A stretch of 64,000 nucleotides of DNA. It comes from an uncultured Candidatus Saccharibacteria bacterium (GTDB lineage Bacteria; Patescibacteriota; Minisyncoccia; Phycocordibacterales; DATGWK01). Position 1 is the first letter of the stretch. The number at the start of each line of letters is the position of its first letter. Location of the stretch: positions 842-64,841 of the forward strand of contig CAYHIR010000004.1 of assembly GCA_964356815.1 (NCBI GenBank), given 5' to 3'. The position numbers and the translations under genes were made by a program. The notes below the pieces were generated by a model. The model was given only the letters and a program-made list of their open reading frames with translations, searched no databases and had not been told where the DNA came from. Shown here in pieces: positions 1-10,033 of the stretch.

Positions 1-2004
1 TCAGATGTGACCCTCGCCGAAGCCGCGTATCTCGCTGCCCTACCAAAAGCGCCGACATTCTATTCTCCATACGGCAAAAATCGCGAGCGTTTGGAGACAC
101 GCAAAAATTTAGTTTTGAGCCAAATGCTCGAAAATAAATTCATCAGCCGCGCCGAATATGATGCCGCTATTGCCGAAAAAATAGAGTTCCAACCGCAATC
201 GCCGTTTGGTATTAAAGCGCCGCACTTTGTGCTTTTTGTTAAAGATCAACTGACCGAAAAATATGGCGCGAGTGTGCTCGAAGAAGGTGGTTTGAAGGTC
301 ATCACCACGCTCGATTACGATTTGCAGAAAAAAGTTGAGGACATTGCGCGCGACTACGCCAAAGAAAATGAGAAAAATTTTGACGCCGAAAACGTAGCCG
401 CCGTAGCCATCGATCCAAAAAGTGGCGACATTCTCACGCTTGTAGGCTCGCGCGATTATTTCGACGACGAAATAGAGGGCAACTTCAACGTCGCCACAGC
501 CGCGCGTCAGCCGGGTTCATCTTTCAAACCCTTCGCCTATGCCGAAGCTTTCATTAAAGGCTACACGCCTGAGACGGTCGTGTTCGATTTGCCGACAGAG
601 TTCTCCACCACCTGCAATCCAGACGGCACGCCGCGCTCCGCTAGCTCAAATTGCTACAGCCCCGTCAATTACGACTCTATTTTCCGCGGGCCGATTTCCA
701 TGCGCGAGGCTTTGGCACAGTCTATCAACGTCCCGTCTGTGAAAACTCTCTACCTCGCCGGCCTCAAAGACACTCTTCAGCTCGCAAAAAATATGGGCAT
801 CACTACCCTCACCGATATCAATCGCTACGGCCTCACACTCGTACTCGGAGGCGGTGAAGTTTCCCTTCTCGATCTCACCAGCGCCTACAGCGTTTTTGCA
901 AACGACGGCAACCGAAATGAGTACCGATCTATTTTAGAAATCCGCGATCAGGACGGCGATGTTATAGAAAAAACCGATCCATCTCCATACCGCGTTTTGC
1001 CGGAAGAAGTCGCAAGGCAAATTTCTAGCGTTCTCTCCGACGAAGATGCTCGTGCGCCAGCCTTTAGCTACGGCTCGCCGCTCAATTTCCCCGGCCGAAG
1101 CGTGGCCGCCAAAACTGGTACGACAAACGATTACCGAGACGCATGGGTCGTCGGCTATTCACCAAATGTGGCAGTGGGCGTCTGGGCCGGCAACAACGAC
1201 AATCGCGCGATGAAAAAACAAGTTGCTCGCTACATCGTCGCGCCATTTTGGAATCTCGTCATGAAAGAAGCCATTTCTAAAGTACCCGACGAAGATTTTA
1301 TTCCACCCCAAAGCACGGCCAACGACTATTCTCTAAAGCCCGTCCTCCGTGGTGAGTGGCTCGGCGGCGGCTCTGTCCTCATTGATTCAATTTCCAAAAA
1401 ACGCGCCACAGCCGACACACCTTTAGAACTTCTTGATGAAATCTTGATAGGCGGTGTGCATTCCATTCTCTACTGGGTCAACAAAAACGATCCGCGCGGC
1501 ATCGGCCCAGAAAATCCAGACGACGATTCTCAATTCTCCCACTGGGAATACGGCGTGCAAAAATGGGCACGCGGGCGCGGCTACGATGAACTCGACGAAG
1601 GCGACATCCCCACAGAGTTCGACGACACTCACGGCGCTGAATATGCCCCCCGAGTTTCCATCACTGCGCCAAACTCTGCTTCTTCCGGCGCGTCATACCG
1701 TGCCAACGATAAAATTTCTGTCGAGCTTCGCGCTTCTGCATCCGACAGAAATTCGATTTCTAAAATTGACTACTTTCTTGGTGAAGAATTTATCGGCAAT
1801 ATTACAAACACAGCGGGGCAAACATCGGCACAAGGCACCGATAGCAGTGGCAATCGAGCCGCGAGCCGCGAGCGTTCATTCACCTTTTCATTCGTCCCTG
1901 CCGATCTCCAATCTTTCTCCGAAGGCGAAAACAATTTGCGAGTTGTCGTCTACGATAATGTGCAGAATAAAACTGAGGAGAGGGTGACTATTTTGGTGAG
2001 GTAG
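1..2004 (+). CDS. ponA: Class A penicillin-binding protein (PBP1A-type transglycosylase/transpeptidase), 5'-truncated by the window edge, with a C-terminal Ig-like domain
   Basis: Transglycosylase tail LAEAAYLAALPKAP; transpeptidase motifs SxxK (PGSSFKP), SxN (QSINV) and KTGT. Confidence 0.9.
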   Translation, partial: SDVTLAEAAYLAALPKAPTFYSPYGKNRERLETRKNLVLSQMLENKFISRAEYDAAIAEKIEFQPQSPFGIKAPHFVLFVKDQLTEKYGASVLEEGGLKVITTLDYDLQKKVEDIARDYAKENEKNFDAENVAAVAIDPKSGDILTLVGSRDYFDDEIEGNFNVATAARQPGSSFKPFAYAEAFIKGYTPETVVFDLPTEFSTTCNPDGTPRSASSNCYSPVNYDSIFRGPISMREALAQSINVPSVKTLYLAGLKDTLQLAKNMGITTLTDINRYGLTLVLGGGEVSLLDLTSAYSVFANDGNRNEYRSILEIRDQDGDVIEKTDPSPYRVLPEEVARQISSVLSDEDARAPAFSYGSPLNFPGRSVAAKTGTTNDYRDAWVVGYSPNVAVGVWAGNNDNRAMKKQVARYIVAPFWNLVMKEAISKVPDEDFIPPQSTANDYSLKPVLRGEWLGGGSVLIDSISKKRATADTPLELLDEILIGGVHSILYWVNKNDPRGIGPENPDDDSQFSHWEYGVQKWARGRGYDELDEGDIPTEFDDTHGAEYAPRVSITAPNSASSGASYRANDKISVELRASASDRNSISKIDYFLGEEFIGNITNTAGQTSAQGTDSSGNRAASRERSFTFSFVPADLQSFSEGENNLRVVVYDNVQNKTEERVTILVR

Positions 2005-2010
2005 AAATTT

Positions 2011-3018
2011 CTATTTCAACCAATTAGGACGCTTAGGACTAGGCAACTTATTCATTCTCTGGTGAACCGGAATGTCTACCGCAGATGTAACTTTTGGTGG
2101 ATTTTCAATTGCGTCACAAATCCCCTCCTCGAGCTTAATATTCGGCACGAAACCAACGTCTTTTTCCATTTTTTGCATGCTGTAGACATGAGGTAGAGTT
2201 GTCATTTCCCAACCCTTCTTTTCTTGCCAAATTTGATCCATGGAGACAGCTTCTATATTCGAAATTCCACCGACCTGTTTAGCGATCTCGGCATAATAAT
2301 CTTTTGCTAATACCGGCTTAGGATTTACCAAGTTATACGCTTGTTTGAAAGTGTTTGGATTACCGATAATTTTGTAAATCGCCCCGGCGATATCTTTCGG
2401 ATGAATACAATTTAAAAAGATACTCCCACCATTGCAGAGCCTTAGAATTTCGCCATTTTTTATTTTTTCAATAAGTTTTGGATCTCTATTATGCTCTGGA
2501 ATACAACCGAGTAGGGATTCGGCGCCAAGAATGTGATACGGCCTGATCAGTGTCCAATTTACATCGGTTGTCGATTGCCAAAACTTCTCAAGTTTTACTT
2601 TCCCATCTACATAGCCGCCAAAGTGTCCTTCAGGCGCAAGTGGAGTATTTTCAGAAATAGGATCTGTGCTTTCTGTTGTCCGATCGTAAACAAGCGTGGT
2701 GCTCAAAGTAATGATGTGTTCGGAACAATTTTTAAAGAGCGAGTGGGTAATCTCTGCACTTTCCGCATCGAAAGCCACGACATCAACGACAACATCCCAT
2801 AAACCGACTTCAGAATTCAGTTTTTGAATTAAATTTTTGTACTCACCAATCGTTCGATCTGCGATATGTTGTTTTACATTTGAAGAAAAGTCTGTTTTTT
2901 CAAGAGCAATAGAATACACATTGTACTCATTGTTTTTAATGAGTTGCATGACCGTAGGCTTTCCTATAATTCCAGTGCCACCGATAACTAACGCGTTTTT
3001 TAATTTACGATCTGACAT
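2011..3018 (-). CDS. NAD-dependent epimerase/dehydratase family (atypical SDR)
   Basis: GGTGIIG Rossmann motif, YxxxK (YVDGK), LIRP. Confidence 0.75.
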   Translation of the reverse strand: MSDRKLKNALVIGGTGIIGKPTVMQLIKNNEYNVYSIALEKTDFSSNVKQHIADRTIGEYKNLIQKLNSEVGLWDVVVDVVAFDAESAEITHSLFKNCSEHIITLSTTLVYDRTTESTDPISENTPLAPEGHFGGYVDGKVKLEKFWQSTTDVNWTLIRPYHILGAESLLGCIPEHNRDPKLIEKIKNGEILRLCNGGSIFLNCIHPKDIAGAIYKIIGNPNTFKQAYNLVNPKPVLAKDYYAEIAKQVGGISNIEAVSMDQIWQEKKGWEMTTLPHVYSMQKMEKDVGFVPNIKLEEGICDAIENPPKVTSAVDIPVHQRMNKLPSPKRPNWLK

Positions 3019-3625
3019 AAATTTGTGTGATCGCGGCGCGAACGATTGGTTGGTCTTTGTAACTTGTAGAAAATGTAAATTTTGATTGACCTTTTAGAAT
3101 AAAACCTTGTGATCCAAAGAATTCAGACACCATTTCAGGTTTATGAAAATAAGTTTCTCCATCGTGTACATACGAGCCACTTTTTTCTTCACCATCGTGA
3201 TAAATCCAGCTGGTACAAACCGATTTAGCTATTGCGGCCACTGAAGACAAATAATTTTTCGCGCCTGTGGGATTAATTTGATGAAAATTCAGCCAATCCA
3301 ACACATTAGAATTTAAAAATTCTTCATTGTTTTTTAGATCTTCCGTGGGCAAAATTCTAAAATCAATATCAGGAAATGATTCTTTGGCTTGCTTTATGGC
3401 CTCTTCCGAAATATCTGTTCCAACAATTTTCTGAAAACCTTGTTTATATAAACAATCCACAGTCTCTCCACTGCCGCAACCAACAACCAAGAGTAGCTCT
3501 TTTTTATCCAATGAACTTAAATGCTCACCAACTTCGGCAGAAAAAGGAATCCCAACCCAGGGCAAAGTGCCAGATTTTGTTTTATAAACCTTATTCCATA
3601 TTTCAGATTGCTCAGCTTTTGACAT
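3005..3625 (-). CDS. Class I SAM-dependent methyltransferase
   Basis: LVVGCGSG motif I, GTDISEEAI motif II, N-terminal W..Y...PW. Confidence 0.75.
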   Translation of the reverse strand: MSKAEQSEIWNKVYKTKSGTLPWVGIPFSAEVGEHLSSLDKKELLLVVGCGSGETVDCLYKQGFQKIVGTDISEEAIKQAKESFPDIDFRILPTEDLKNNEEFLNSNVLDWLNFHQINPTGAKNYLSSVAAIAKSVCTSWIYHDGEEKSGSYVHDGETYFHKPEMVSEFFGSQGFILKGQSKFTFSTSYKDQPIVRAAITQIYVRS

Positions 3626-3633
3626 AAAATGTT

Positions 3634-4266
3634 TTAAAACTCCCTCTCATCCCCCTCAATCATCGCCACAAATTCAATACCAGCTGATGGCAAAATTTTT
3701 GCTGGTAAAGCATGGGCCGTGCCAAATCGTAGGCCATCATGCACTGGAAAAGCGACTTTTGGCTTGAGTAAGAGCGCGTAGTCGATCGCTTCGCCAATTT
3801 TCATCCACGGACCAGACACAGGCAATGCAAGAATCTCCACTGGCCTTTCTGGATTTGTAAAAGCGTCGCCTGGATACCACAATCGACCATCTATAAAAAA
3901 GCCGAGGTTTGATGAAAGCGGAATTGAGCTATGCATCTCAGCGTGCTTTTCGCCAATACCCACCACAGAAACTTCGCCGAGCAGAATAGATTCTCCGTGG
4001 CTCACGAGCGTGTGCTTTATTCCCTCTTTTGTGAGCAATTCGCTCACTGAGCTATTGGCATACACAGCCGCCTGCGAATTTCTCGCGAGCAAAATCTTAA
4101 GTGATTCTAAATGATAATGGTCGGCGTGCTCGTGCGTGAAAAGAATAAAATCAATATTTTCGAGCTTTGAGTGGGCTTCCACTGTGTAACTCCCGGGATC
4201 AGTGAGAATTTTTTTACCTTTGGTTTCTATGAGAAGGCAGCAGTGGCCAAGTTTGGTGATTTTCAT
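3634..4266 (-). CDS. Metallo-beta-lactamase-fold hydrolase
   Basis: THEHADH (HxHxDH), DPG, GD and PVHD motifs; start placed at MKITKLGH (ATG 4266). Confidence 0.85.
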   Translation of the reverse strand: MKITKLGHCCLLIETKGKKILTDPGSYTVEAHSKLENIDFILFTHEHADHYHLESLKILLARNSQAAVYANSSVSELLTKEGIKHTLVSHGESILLGEVSVVGIGEKHAEMHSSIPLSSNLGFFIDGRLWYPGDAFTNPERPVEILALPVSGPWMKIGEAIDYALLLKPKVAFPVHDGLRFGTAHALPAKILPSAGIEFVAMIEGDEREF

Positions 4267-4435
4267 GATGTTTTTAAAATTAGTTACATTTACTAGTTGC
4301 AATAGTCACTATTTTGCCATTTAGTTATGTTAATCATAACCGTTAAAAATGTCTAAAAAACATCTTTTTTCACGGTTTTAGCCAAAAATAACGTAAATAT
4401 TAGGCTAAAACATGGTAAATTTACGTTTTTTACCA

Positions 4436-5428
4436 TTATTTAGCAACCAGATTTAGAATCAGTGCAACAACCTTATCTTTGTCTTTAGGATCACTACTAG
4501 CAACTAGAATCGTAAGTGCTGTGAGTGCAGAAGGAGTGAGTTTGGAAACATCTAGAATTTTAACTTGTTTCAAAAACCACACAAAAGCAAACGCTCCGCT
4601 TCTTTTATTTCCATCAGTAAACGGATGATTTTTTACCATAAAATATAAAAGGTGTGCCGCCTTTTCTTCAGCACTCTCATACACATCTTTACCACCAAAA
4701 GATTGCATTACGTTACCAACAATTCCTGCAACCGACCCCGCACTTCTTTCTTGGCCAAAAATTTCGGTTGCCTCCGACTTGCGAACTAATTCTGTTTTTA
4801 ACTGAACAAGACTGCTGGAAATTTTTTCTGTAGTTAATTCAACTTTCTTTTTTGTTAGCTTCCCTTTTGGTAACGCGTCTCTGTCATAGGCATCGAGAGA
4901 AAGCCAAGTATCCGCAAAAAGTGAAACGAGCTCAATTGCGTCTTCAGTTTTTAAATTTTCCGCAGTCAATCCAGACGGCAGAAGTTTTTTGATGTCTTCT
5001 ACAACGCTTAAAAACTGGGTGTAGTTTTTAGCAATACGGCTTTTGTTTATCGCATATCCATCAACGATATAAAAACGAAGTGTCTTTGTTGCCCATTGAC
5101 GAAAAAGTGTTGCTTTTTTGCTATTAACTCGGTAACCAACAGATAAAATCATGTCGAGGTTGTAGTGTTTTGCATCTCGATTAACACTCCTATTTCCTTC
5201 TTTTTGAACTATCCGGAATTCCCGGATAGTTGCCTTTTCATTCAACTCTTCAGTATTAAGAATATTTTGAATATGTTCATTAATGGTTCGTACGTTTACA
5301 TCAAAAGCTTCGGCAATTTGTGCCTGAGTAGCCCAAACAGTCTTATGAGAAAAATCCCCACGAAGCTCAATCGCTCCACTTTTTGCCTGATAAACAATTA
5401 TCTTATTATTATAATTTTGTCTTTTCAT
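4436..5428 (-). CDS. RhuM-family / Fic-Doc fusion protein
   Basis: N-terminal RhuM-like region (TVWATQAQIAE, YNLDMILSVGYRVNS, FRQWAT); C-terminal Fic motif HPFTDGNKR. Confidence 0.85.
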   Translation of the reverse strand: MKRQNYNNKIIVYQAKSGAIELRGDFSHKTVWATQAQIAEAFDVNVRTINEHIQNILNTEELNEKATIREFRIVQKEGNRSVNRDAKHYNLDMILSVGYRVNSKKATLFRQWATKTLRFYIVDGYAINKSRIAKNYTQFLSVVEDIKKLLPSGLTAENLKTEDAIELVSLFADTWLSLDAYDRDALPKGKLTKKKVELTTEKISSSLVQLKTELVRKSEATEIFGQERSAGSVAGIVGNVMQSFGGKDVYESAEEKAAHLLYFMVKNHPFTDGNKRSGAFAFVWFLKQVKILDVSKLTPSALTALTILVASSDPKDKDKVVALILNLVAK

Positions 5429-5450
5429 ATTCTTTATCTGTCCGACCTTT

Positions 5451-5705
5451 CTACCTCACCCCCCGAAACTTCTTCCCCAACCGCTTTTCCACCGCCTCCA
5501 TTATTTTTCCACGATTCATAAAAATTTTTGCGCGTAAGGCTGACGAGCCAAGCACGATTATATCGTCGTTCTTGATGTTTATTTCCTCCGCAAGTACCCT
5601 CACTCCAATTACCTCAGAAATAACGCTGGCGATAGCGTCACGCTCTTCCAGCGCGGAAGTCAGCACGTGTTTGAACTTCGCAAAAAGTGAATCGAGTTTT
5701 ATCAT
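5451..5705 (-). CDS. DciA (DUF721)-like small protein
   Basis: 84 aa, overlaps the dnaN stop; the pattern IIVLGSSALRAKIFMNRGKIMEAVEKRLG resembles the DUF721 core. Confidence 0.55.
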   Translation of the reverse strand: MIKLDSLFAKFKHVLTSALEERDAIASVISEVIGVRVLAEEINIKNDDIIVLGSSALRAKIFMNRGKIMEAVEKRLGKKFRGVR

Positions 5706-6802
5706 CTATTCATCGGCATAACCAAACAGAGAAACGACTTATCACCCACGCCGCGAATGACGAGCGGCCGGCTAGCACCGTTGAAAGAGAAGGAAATGCT
5801 ATCGGCGTCGATCGATTGGAAACTGTCGGTGATGTATTTGTGATTGAAATTGACCGAAATGTCTTCGCCGGTAAGCACTGCATCAATCTTATTCACACTT
5901 TCCCCAAGATCTGAGTTGGTAGTTTTAATTTCTAAAGTTTTTTCTTTCGGCGATGCGTGGATGTTGGCCTGATTGAATTTATCGGAGAAAATATTGGCCA
6001 CTTTGAGCGCCTGCACCAAATCTTGCTTGAGCATTGTGGCTTCTGTTGTGCCGCTTTCGGGAATAATCTGGCGATAATCTGGAAAAACGCCATCGATGAC
6101 GCGTGAGGTGAGATAAATACTTGGGTGAGAGAAAGAAATTTGGTTTTTTGTGACAAACATCGTCACCTCACCAGAAACATCGCCGAGCAAGCGCATTATT
6201 TCTGGCACATTTTTAAATGGTACAAGTAAATGATCGCGGATTTTGTTTTTAAAACGGATTTTCTTTTCTGTGAGTCGGAATGAGTCTGTGGCTGCAAAAA
6301 CTAAATGCTCGTCGTCGGAAGCAATATACACGCTCGAGAGCTCAGGCTTCACACTCGATACAGCGGCGCTGTAATACACCGCCTTCAAACCGCTCACGAA
6401 GTCGCCCGCTTGGATTTTTATAGGCTGATCTTCTGGCACTCTCGGAATACTTGGAAAATCTTCATGTGGAAGGGTTTTAACAGTCGTCTTAGTTTTATTA
6501 CTGGTGATTTTTAGAAGATTATTTTCCGTTGTCTCAAAAATTACACTGCTGTCGCCGGTTATGCTATTTAGAAGATTGTTTAAAATCGCGCCGTGCACCG
6601 CCACCTTCCCCTCTTCCATCACTTTTGTAGGAATATTAAGCTCGAGGCCAATATCAAGATTTGTCGCTCGTACGATGAGATTGTTTTTCTCGGCTTCCAA
6701 AAGCACACAACTTAAAATAGGTAGTGAAAGATTTTTTCCTGTCACCCTTTCGGCTTGTGATATAGCTTTGCTGATTTTTTCTTTTACACATTCTATCTTC
6801 AT
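5702..6802 (-). CDS. dnaN: DNA polymerase III beta sliding clamp
   Basis: ATNLDI, ATDSFRL, SRVIDGVFPDY and C-terminal LVMPM; downstream of dnaA. Confidence 0.97.
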   Translation of the reverse strand: MKIECVKEKISKAISQAERVTGKNLSLPILSCVLLEAEKNNLIVRATNLDIGLELNIPTKVMEEGKVAVHGAILNNLLNSITGDSSVIFETTENNLLKITSNKTKTTVKTLPHEDFPSIPRVPEDQPIKIQAGDFVSGLKAVYYSAAVSSVKPELSSVYIASDDEHLVFAATDSFRLTEKKIRFKNKIRDHLLVPFKNVPEIMRLLGDVSGEVTMFVTKNQISFSHPSIYLTSRVIDGVFPDYRQIIPESGTTEATMLKQDLVQALKVANIFSDKFNQANIHASPKEKTLEIKTTNSDLGESVNKIDAVLTGEDISVNFNHKYITDSFQSIDADSISFSFNGASRPLVIRGVGDKSFLCLVMPMNR

Positions 6803-6810
6803 GGTGTGTA

Positions 6811-7055
6811 TTCTATTTATATATAAATACTATTACTACTATTAGCTCTGTGTATATCTTGATAACCCCTGTAAAAGCCAATATTTAAGCCTTTTTTGCC
6901 GATTTTCTGTCCACAGGCATATGTGGATGAGGTGGATTTCGAAGGATAACTTTTTGTTTGGTTCATGTCGATTGGGTTTTTTGACCCGACTTTTCCGATA
7001 CTTATCCCCACTGTACCCTGTCTTATCCCCACTTATCCTAGACTTATCAACATGT
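6811..7055. other. oriC: DnaA boxes, DnaA-trio repeat and AT-rich unwinding region between dnaA and dnaN
   Basis: Near-consensus boxes TTATCCCCA (7002, 7023), TTATCAACA (7044), TGTGGATGA (~6922) and TGTGTATAT (6849); minus strand reads box-GAGC-TAA TAG TAG TAA TAG TA-TTTATATATAAAT. Confidence 0.85.
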
Positions 7056-7080
7056 TTTTCCAGAGAAACGGCCGAGCCGG

Positions 7081-8520
7081 TCAAGAAATCATCGATCGAA
7101 TCTGACTAATTTCCTGCCCAAGCGCCGAATTGTTCTTTAGGTCGTTCTTGATTTTTTCACATGAATGAATGACGGTGGTATGATCTCGGCCACCCATCTT
7201 CTCGCCGATCGAAGGATAAGAGATGCTAAAGTCTTCGCGCAAAATGTACATGCTTATTTGCCGTGGCTTTATCACCTCCTTCTTTCGAGTCTTCTCATAT
7301 ATAGAGTCTTCTTCTATATTGTAGAAGTCGGCGACGATTTTTACCACCTCCTTTGGCGAAAGGACCTTTTTCATCGGTTTATTGGTGTTTTTGATGAGGT
7401 TTTTTACCTCTTGAAGGGTTGGTTCTTGGCCTTTCATTTGTGTCTGCATCACAATGGCGTTCAAAGCACCTTCAAGCTCGCGAATATTTGTGACTACAGA
7501 AGCGGCGAGAAAGTCGATTACCTCTGGTGAGACGGAAAGATTTTGAGACAAAAGCTTGTTTTTGAGAATGGCCACACGAGATTCATGATCTGGTGCTGGA
7601 ATATCGACAATCATACCCGCGTGAAAGCGTGAACGAAGACGATCCTCAAGATTTGGAATGTAATTTGGGTGCTTGTCTGATGAGAAAATGATTTGTTTGT
7701 TGTTGTCATGCAAATAATTGAACAGATGGAAAAGCTCCTCTTGGGTTTTCTCAGTTTTTGAGAGGAATTGAATGTCGTCCATGATTAAAACATCATATTT
7801 TCGGTATTTTTCCTTGAAATTGTTTACTTTATTGGAAATACCCTGCGCGCCTTGGCCAGAGTGAACAGAATTTATGTAGTCGGTGGCAAAACGCTCGGAA
7901 GTGACATAATGCACGCGCATTTCTGGGTACTGTTTTTTTATTTGATTGCCGATAGCTTGTATGAGATGGGTTTTGCCGTGGCCAGTGCTTCCATATATAA
8001 AGACCGGATTGTAGACAATACCAGGCTTTTTGATAACAGCCTGCGCGGCGGCGTGAGCCAGCTCGTTGAAAGGGCCAACGACGAAAGAATCGAAGGTGTA
8101 GCGCGGATTGAGGCCATCTTCTTTATTTATATAATGGTCGGCTAGAGGCAATTCCCCACTGGCAGATGTGGCGATATCTGAATTAATGTTTGAATTTAGG
8201 CCATTTATGCCACTTGAGCCGCCATGCGAAACCCCACTACCATATTGGTCTGTAGATGGTTTTCTTCGCACATCTTCTCGGCTGATTATGTATTCCACAG
8301 AACGAATGAGTGGCGACTGGTCTCGAAGGGATCGAAGGATGGACGAGTGGTACTTTTTAAGGAGCCAATCTTTGACGAAATTGTTGGGCACATTCACAAA
8401 CACCACTCCATCTTCTTGGTGGGATATGCCGGTGTCTTTAAACCAAGTGGCAAAGCTAGGCTTGGAAACGGAGAGCTCCATTTCTACCAACACACTATCC
8501 CAAAGTTTTTTAGTATCCAT
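7081..8520 (-). CDS. dnaA: Chromosomal replication initiator DnaA
   Basis: LNPRYTFDSFVVG, Walker A GSTGHGKTHL, DDIQFL, RLRSRF, GGRDHTTV. Confidence 0.99.
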   Translation of the reverse strand: MDTKKLWDSVLVEMELSVSKPSFATWFKDTGISHQEDGVVFVNVPNNFVKDWLLKKYHSSILRSLRDQSPLIRSVEYIISREDVRRKPSTDQYGSGVSHGGSSGINGLNSNINSDIATSASGELPLADHYINKEDGLNPRYTFDSFVVGPFNELAHAAAQAVIKKPGIVYNPVFIYGSTGHGKTHLIQAIGNQIKKQYPEMRVHYVTSERFATDYINSVHSGQGAQGISNKVNNFKEKYRKYDVLIMDDIQFLSKTEKTQEELFHLFNYLHDNNKQIIFSSDKHPNYIPNLEDRLRSRFHAGMIVDIPAPDHESRVAILKNKLLSQNLSVSPEVIDFLAASVVTNIRELEGALNAIVMQTQMKGQEPTLQEVKNLIKNTNKPMKKVLSPKEVVKIVADFYNIEEDSIYEKTRKKEVIKPRQISMYILREDFSISYPSIGEKMGGRDHTTVIHSCEKIKNDLKNNSALGQEISQIRSMIS

Positions 8521-8559
8521 GAGTCGACAAATTATATACTTGTCTCAAAATTATAGTAC

Positions 8560-8602
8560 TTGTGGAACACCTGTCCGCATGTTGATAAGTTGTGAATAGG
8601 TT
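8560..8602. promoter_or_regulatory. DnaA boxes upstream of dnaA (autoregulation or bipartite origin)
   Basis: TGTGGAACA, TGTTGATAA and TGTGAATAG, each 1-2 mismatches from the box consensus. Confidence 0.55.
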
Positions 8603-8677
8603 GTTGAGAGCCGAAAGTCGTTCCGCGACACGCCACTTATTGAGTTTTTTTGCAATCTAATATAGTATGGCGAGACT

Positions 8678-8812
8678 ATGTCATTCACATATAAACCAAA
8701 AAAGAGAAAACGAGCCCGCTCACACGGCTTTTTGGGTCGCCAAAAGACTGTTGGTGGAGCCAATGTTATCAAGCGTCGCCGAGCCAAAGGCCGCCGCAAG
8801 CTCTCTGTATAA
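8678..8812 (+). CDS. rpmH: 50S ribosomal protein L34 (absent from the ORF track)
   Basis: Translated by hand: [44 protein letters not shown]; promoter TTGAGT-N17-TAGTAT at 8640-8668. Confidence 0.97.
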   Translation: MSFTYKPKKRKRARSHGFLGRQKTVGGANVIKRRRAKGRRKLSV

Positions 8813-8841
8813 TCGGTCTAATTAATCGGTCTAACCGACCC

Positions 8842-9207
8842 ATGCTTTCTAAAAGCGAACGCCTCACAAAAAAGCAGGTAGAAGCTGTCTTGGCATCTGG
8901 CCGTCGACACTCTTCCGCGTACTTTTTTGCCACCGTTTTGGCCGCTCCCGTTGAATCGGCTTCAATCCCCACCTTTGCCATTGTTGTCTCTAAGAAAACT
9001 GCCGACACAGCCGTCGAGAGAAACAAACTCCGCCGCCGTACGTACAGCGCTATTCGCCAAGTAAAAAAAATTATATCCGCGCGGCCAAATGGCAAAGTCC
9101 TCCCCTTTTATGTTGTTGTAGTAGTAAAACGCGAAGCGAAGCCCGCGAAACTTCCCGATTTGATTGATGATTTGGGCCGTTTGATGAAAATTTCTGGTGT
9201 GATTTAG
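8842..9207 (+). CDS. rnpA: Ribonuclease P protein component
   Basis: MLSKSERL start, VVSKKTADTAVERNKLRRR (RNR motif), rpmH-rnpA-yidC synteny. Confidence 0.93.
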   Translation: MLSKSERLTKKQVEAVLASGRRHSSAYFFATVLAAPVESASIPTFAIVVSKKTADTAVERNKLRRRTYSAIRQVKKIISARPNGKVLPFYVVVVVKREAKPAKLPDLIDDLGRLMKISGVI

Positions 9208-9229
9208 AAAATCCAGTACAATACTATAA

Positions 9230-10033
9230 ATGATAGCTTTCTATAATACATTCATTTTCCAACCCATGTACAACGGGTTGATTTTTTTGATCGACATTTT
9301 GCCTTGGGCCGATGCTGGTGTGGCGATTATCGTTTTTACACTCATTATTAAGCTCATTCTTTTTCCTCTGTCGAAAAAGGCTGTCTACACTCAGCTAAAG
9401 ATGAAGAAAGTTGAGCCACAACTCAGAGCGATAAAGGAAAAATATAGTGGCAAGGATCAGGCGCAAGAACAGGCTAAACAAACGATGGCCTTTTACAAAC
9501 GCGAAGGCATAAGGCCATTTGCGGGAATTTTACTCATATTTATTCAGTTGCCAATACTTTTTGCTTTATACAAAGCGTTTCTCCACCCTGGTTTGCCAAA
9601 TATTGATGTCACCCTCCTCTACTCTTTCGTCATTGCACCAATGTCTGAAAGTATAAACATGCATTTTCTCGGTTTGTTTGATATCGCTGGCAAAAGCATC
9701 GCACTGGCTCTCATCGCCGCAGTCTCTACATATTTTCAAGTGCGTTTTTCTATGCCACCACTACCGCCGAAGAAAGCCACTTCTTTCGATAAAGACGGCA
9801 AGCCTATTCGGCCAAATTTTCAGGAAGATTTTGCTCGCGGTATGAACATTCAGATGAGATATGTTTTTCCGGTGATTGCCTTTTTTATTTCCTGGAGTAT
9901 TTCTGGTGCCATCGCTCTCTATTGGATCACGAGCAATCTTTTCACCATCGCTCAAGAGTTAGTGATTCGAAAAAGTTTTGCGCGTAACGAGAGTCGCGCC
10001 GAAGCTAAGAAAAATTTAAATCCCGCTGTCTAA
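9230..10033 (+). CDS. yidC: Membrane protein insertase YidC/Oxa1
   Basis: IKLILFPL, IQLPILFALY and ALYWITSNLFTIAQ; synteny. Confidence 0.95.
   Translation: MIAFYNTFIFQPMYNGLIFLIDILPWADAGVAIIVFTLIIKLILFPLSKKAVYTQLKMKKVEPQLRAIKEKYSGKDQAQEQAKQTMAFYKREGIRPFAGILLIFIQLPILFALYKAFLHPGLPNIDVTLLYSFVIAPMSESINMHFLGLFDIAGKSIALALIAAVSTYFQVRFSMPPLPPKKATSFDKDGKPIRPNFQEDFARGMNIQMRYVFPVIAFFISWSISGAIALYWITSNLFTIAQELVIRKSFARNESRAEAKKNLNPAV

Noticed and set aside
8811-8834. 11-bp direct repeat AATCGGTCTAA after rpmH
   Set aside because: Only two copies; most likely a local slippage duplication
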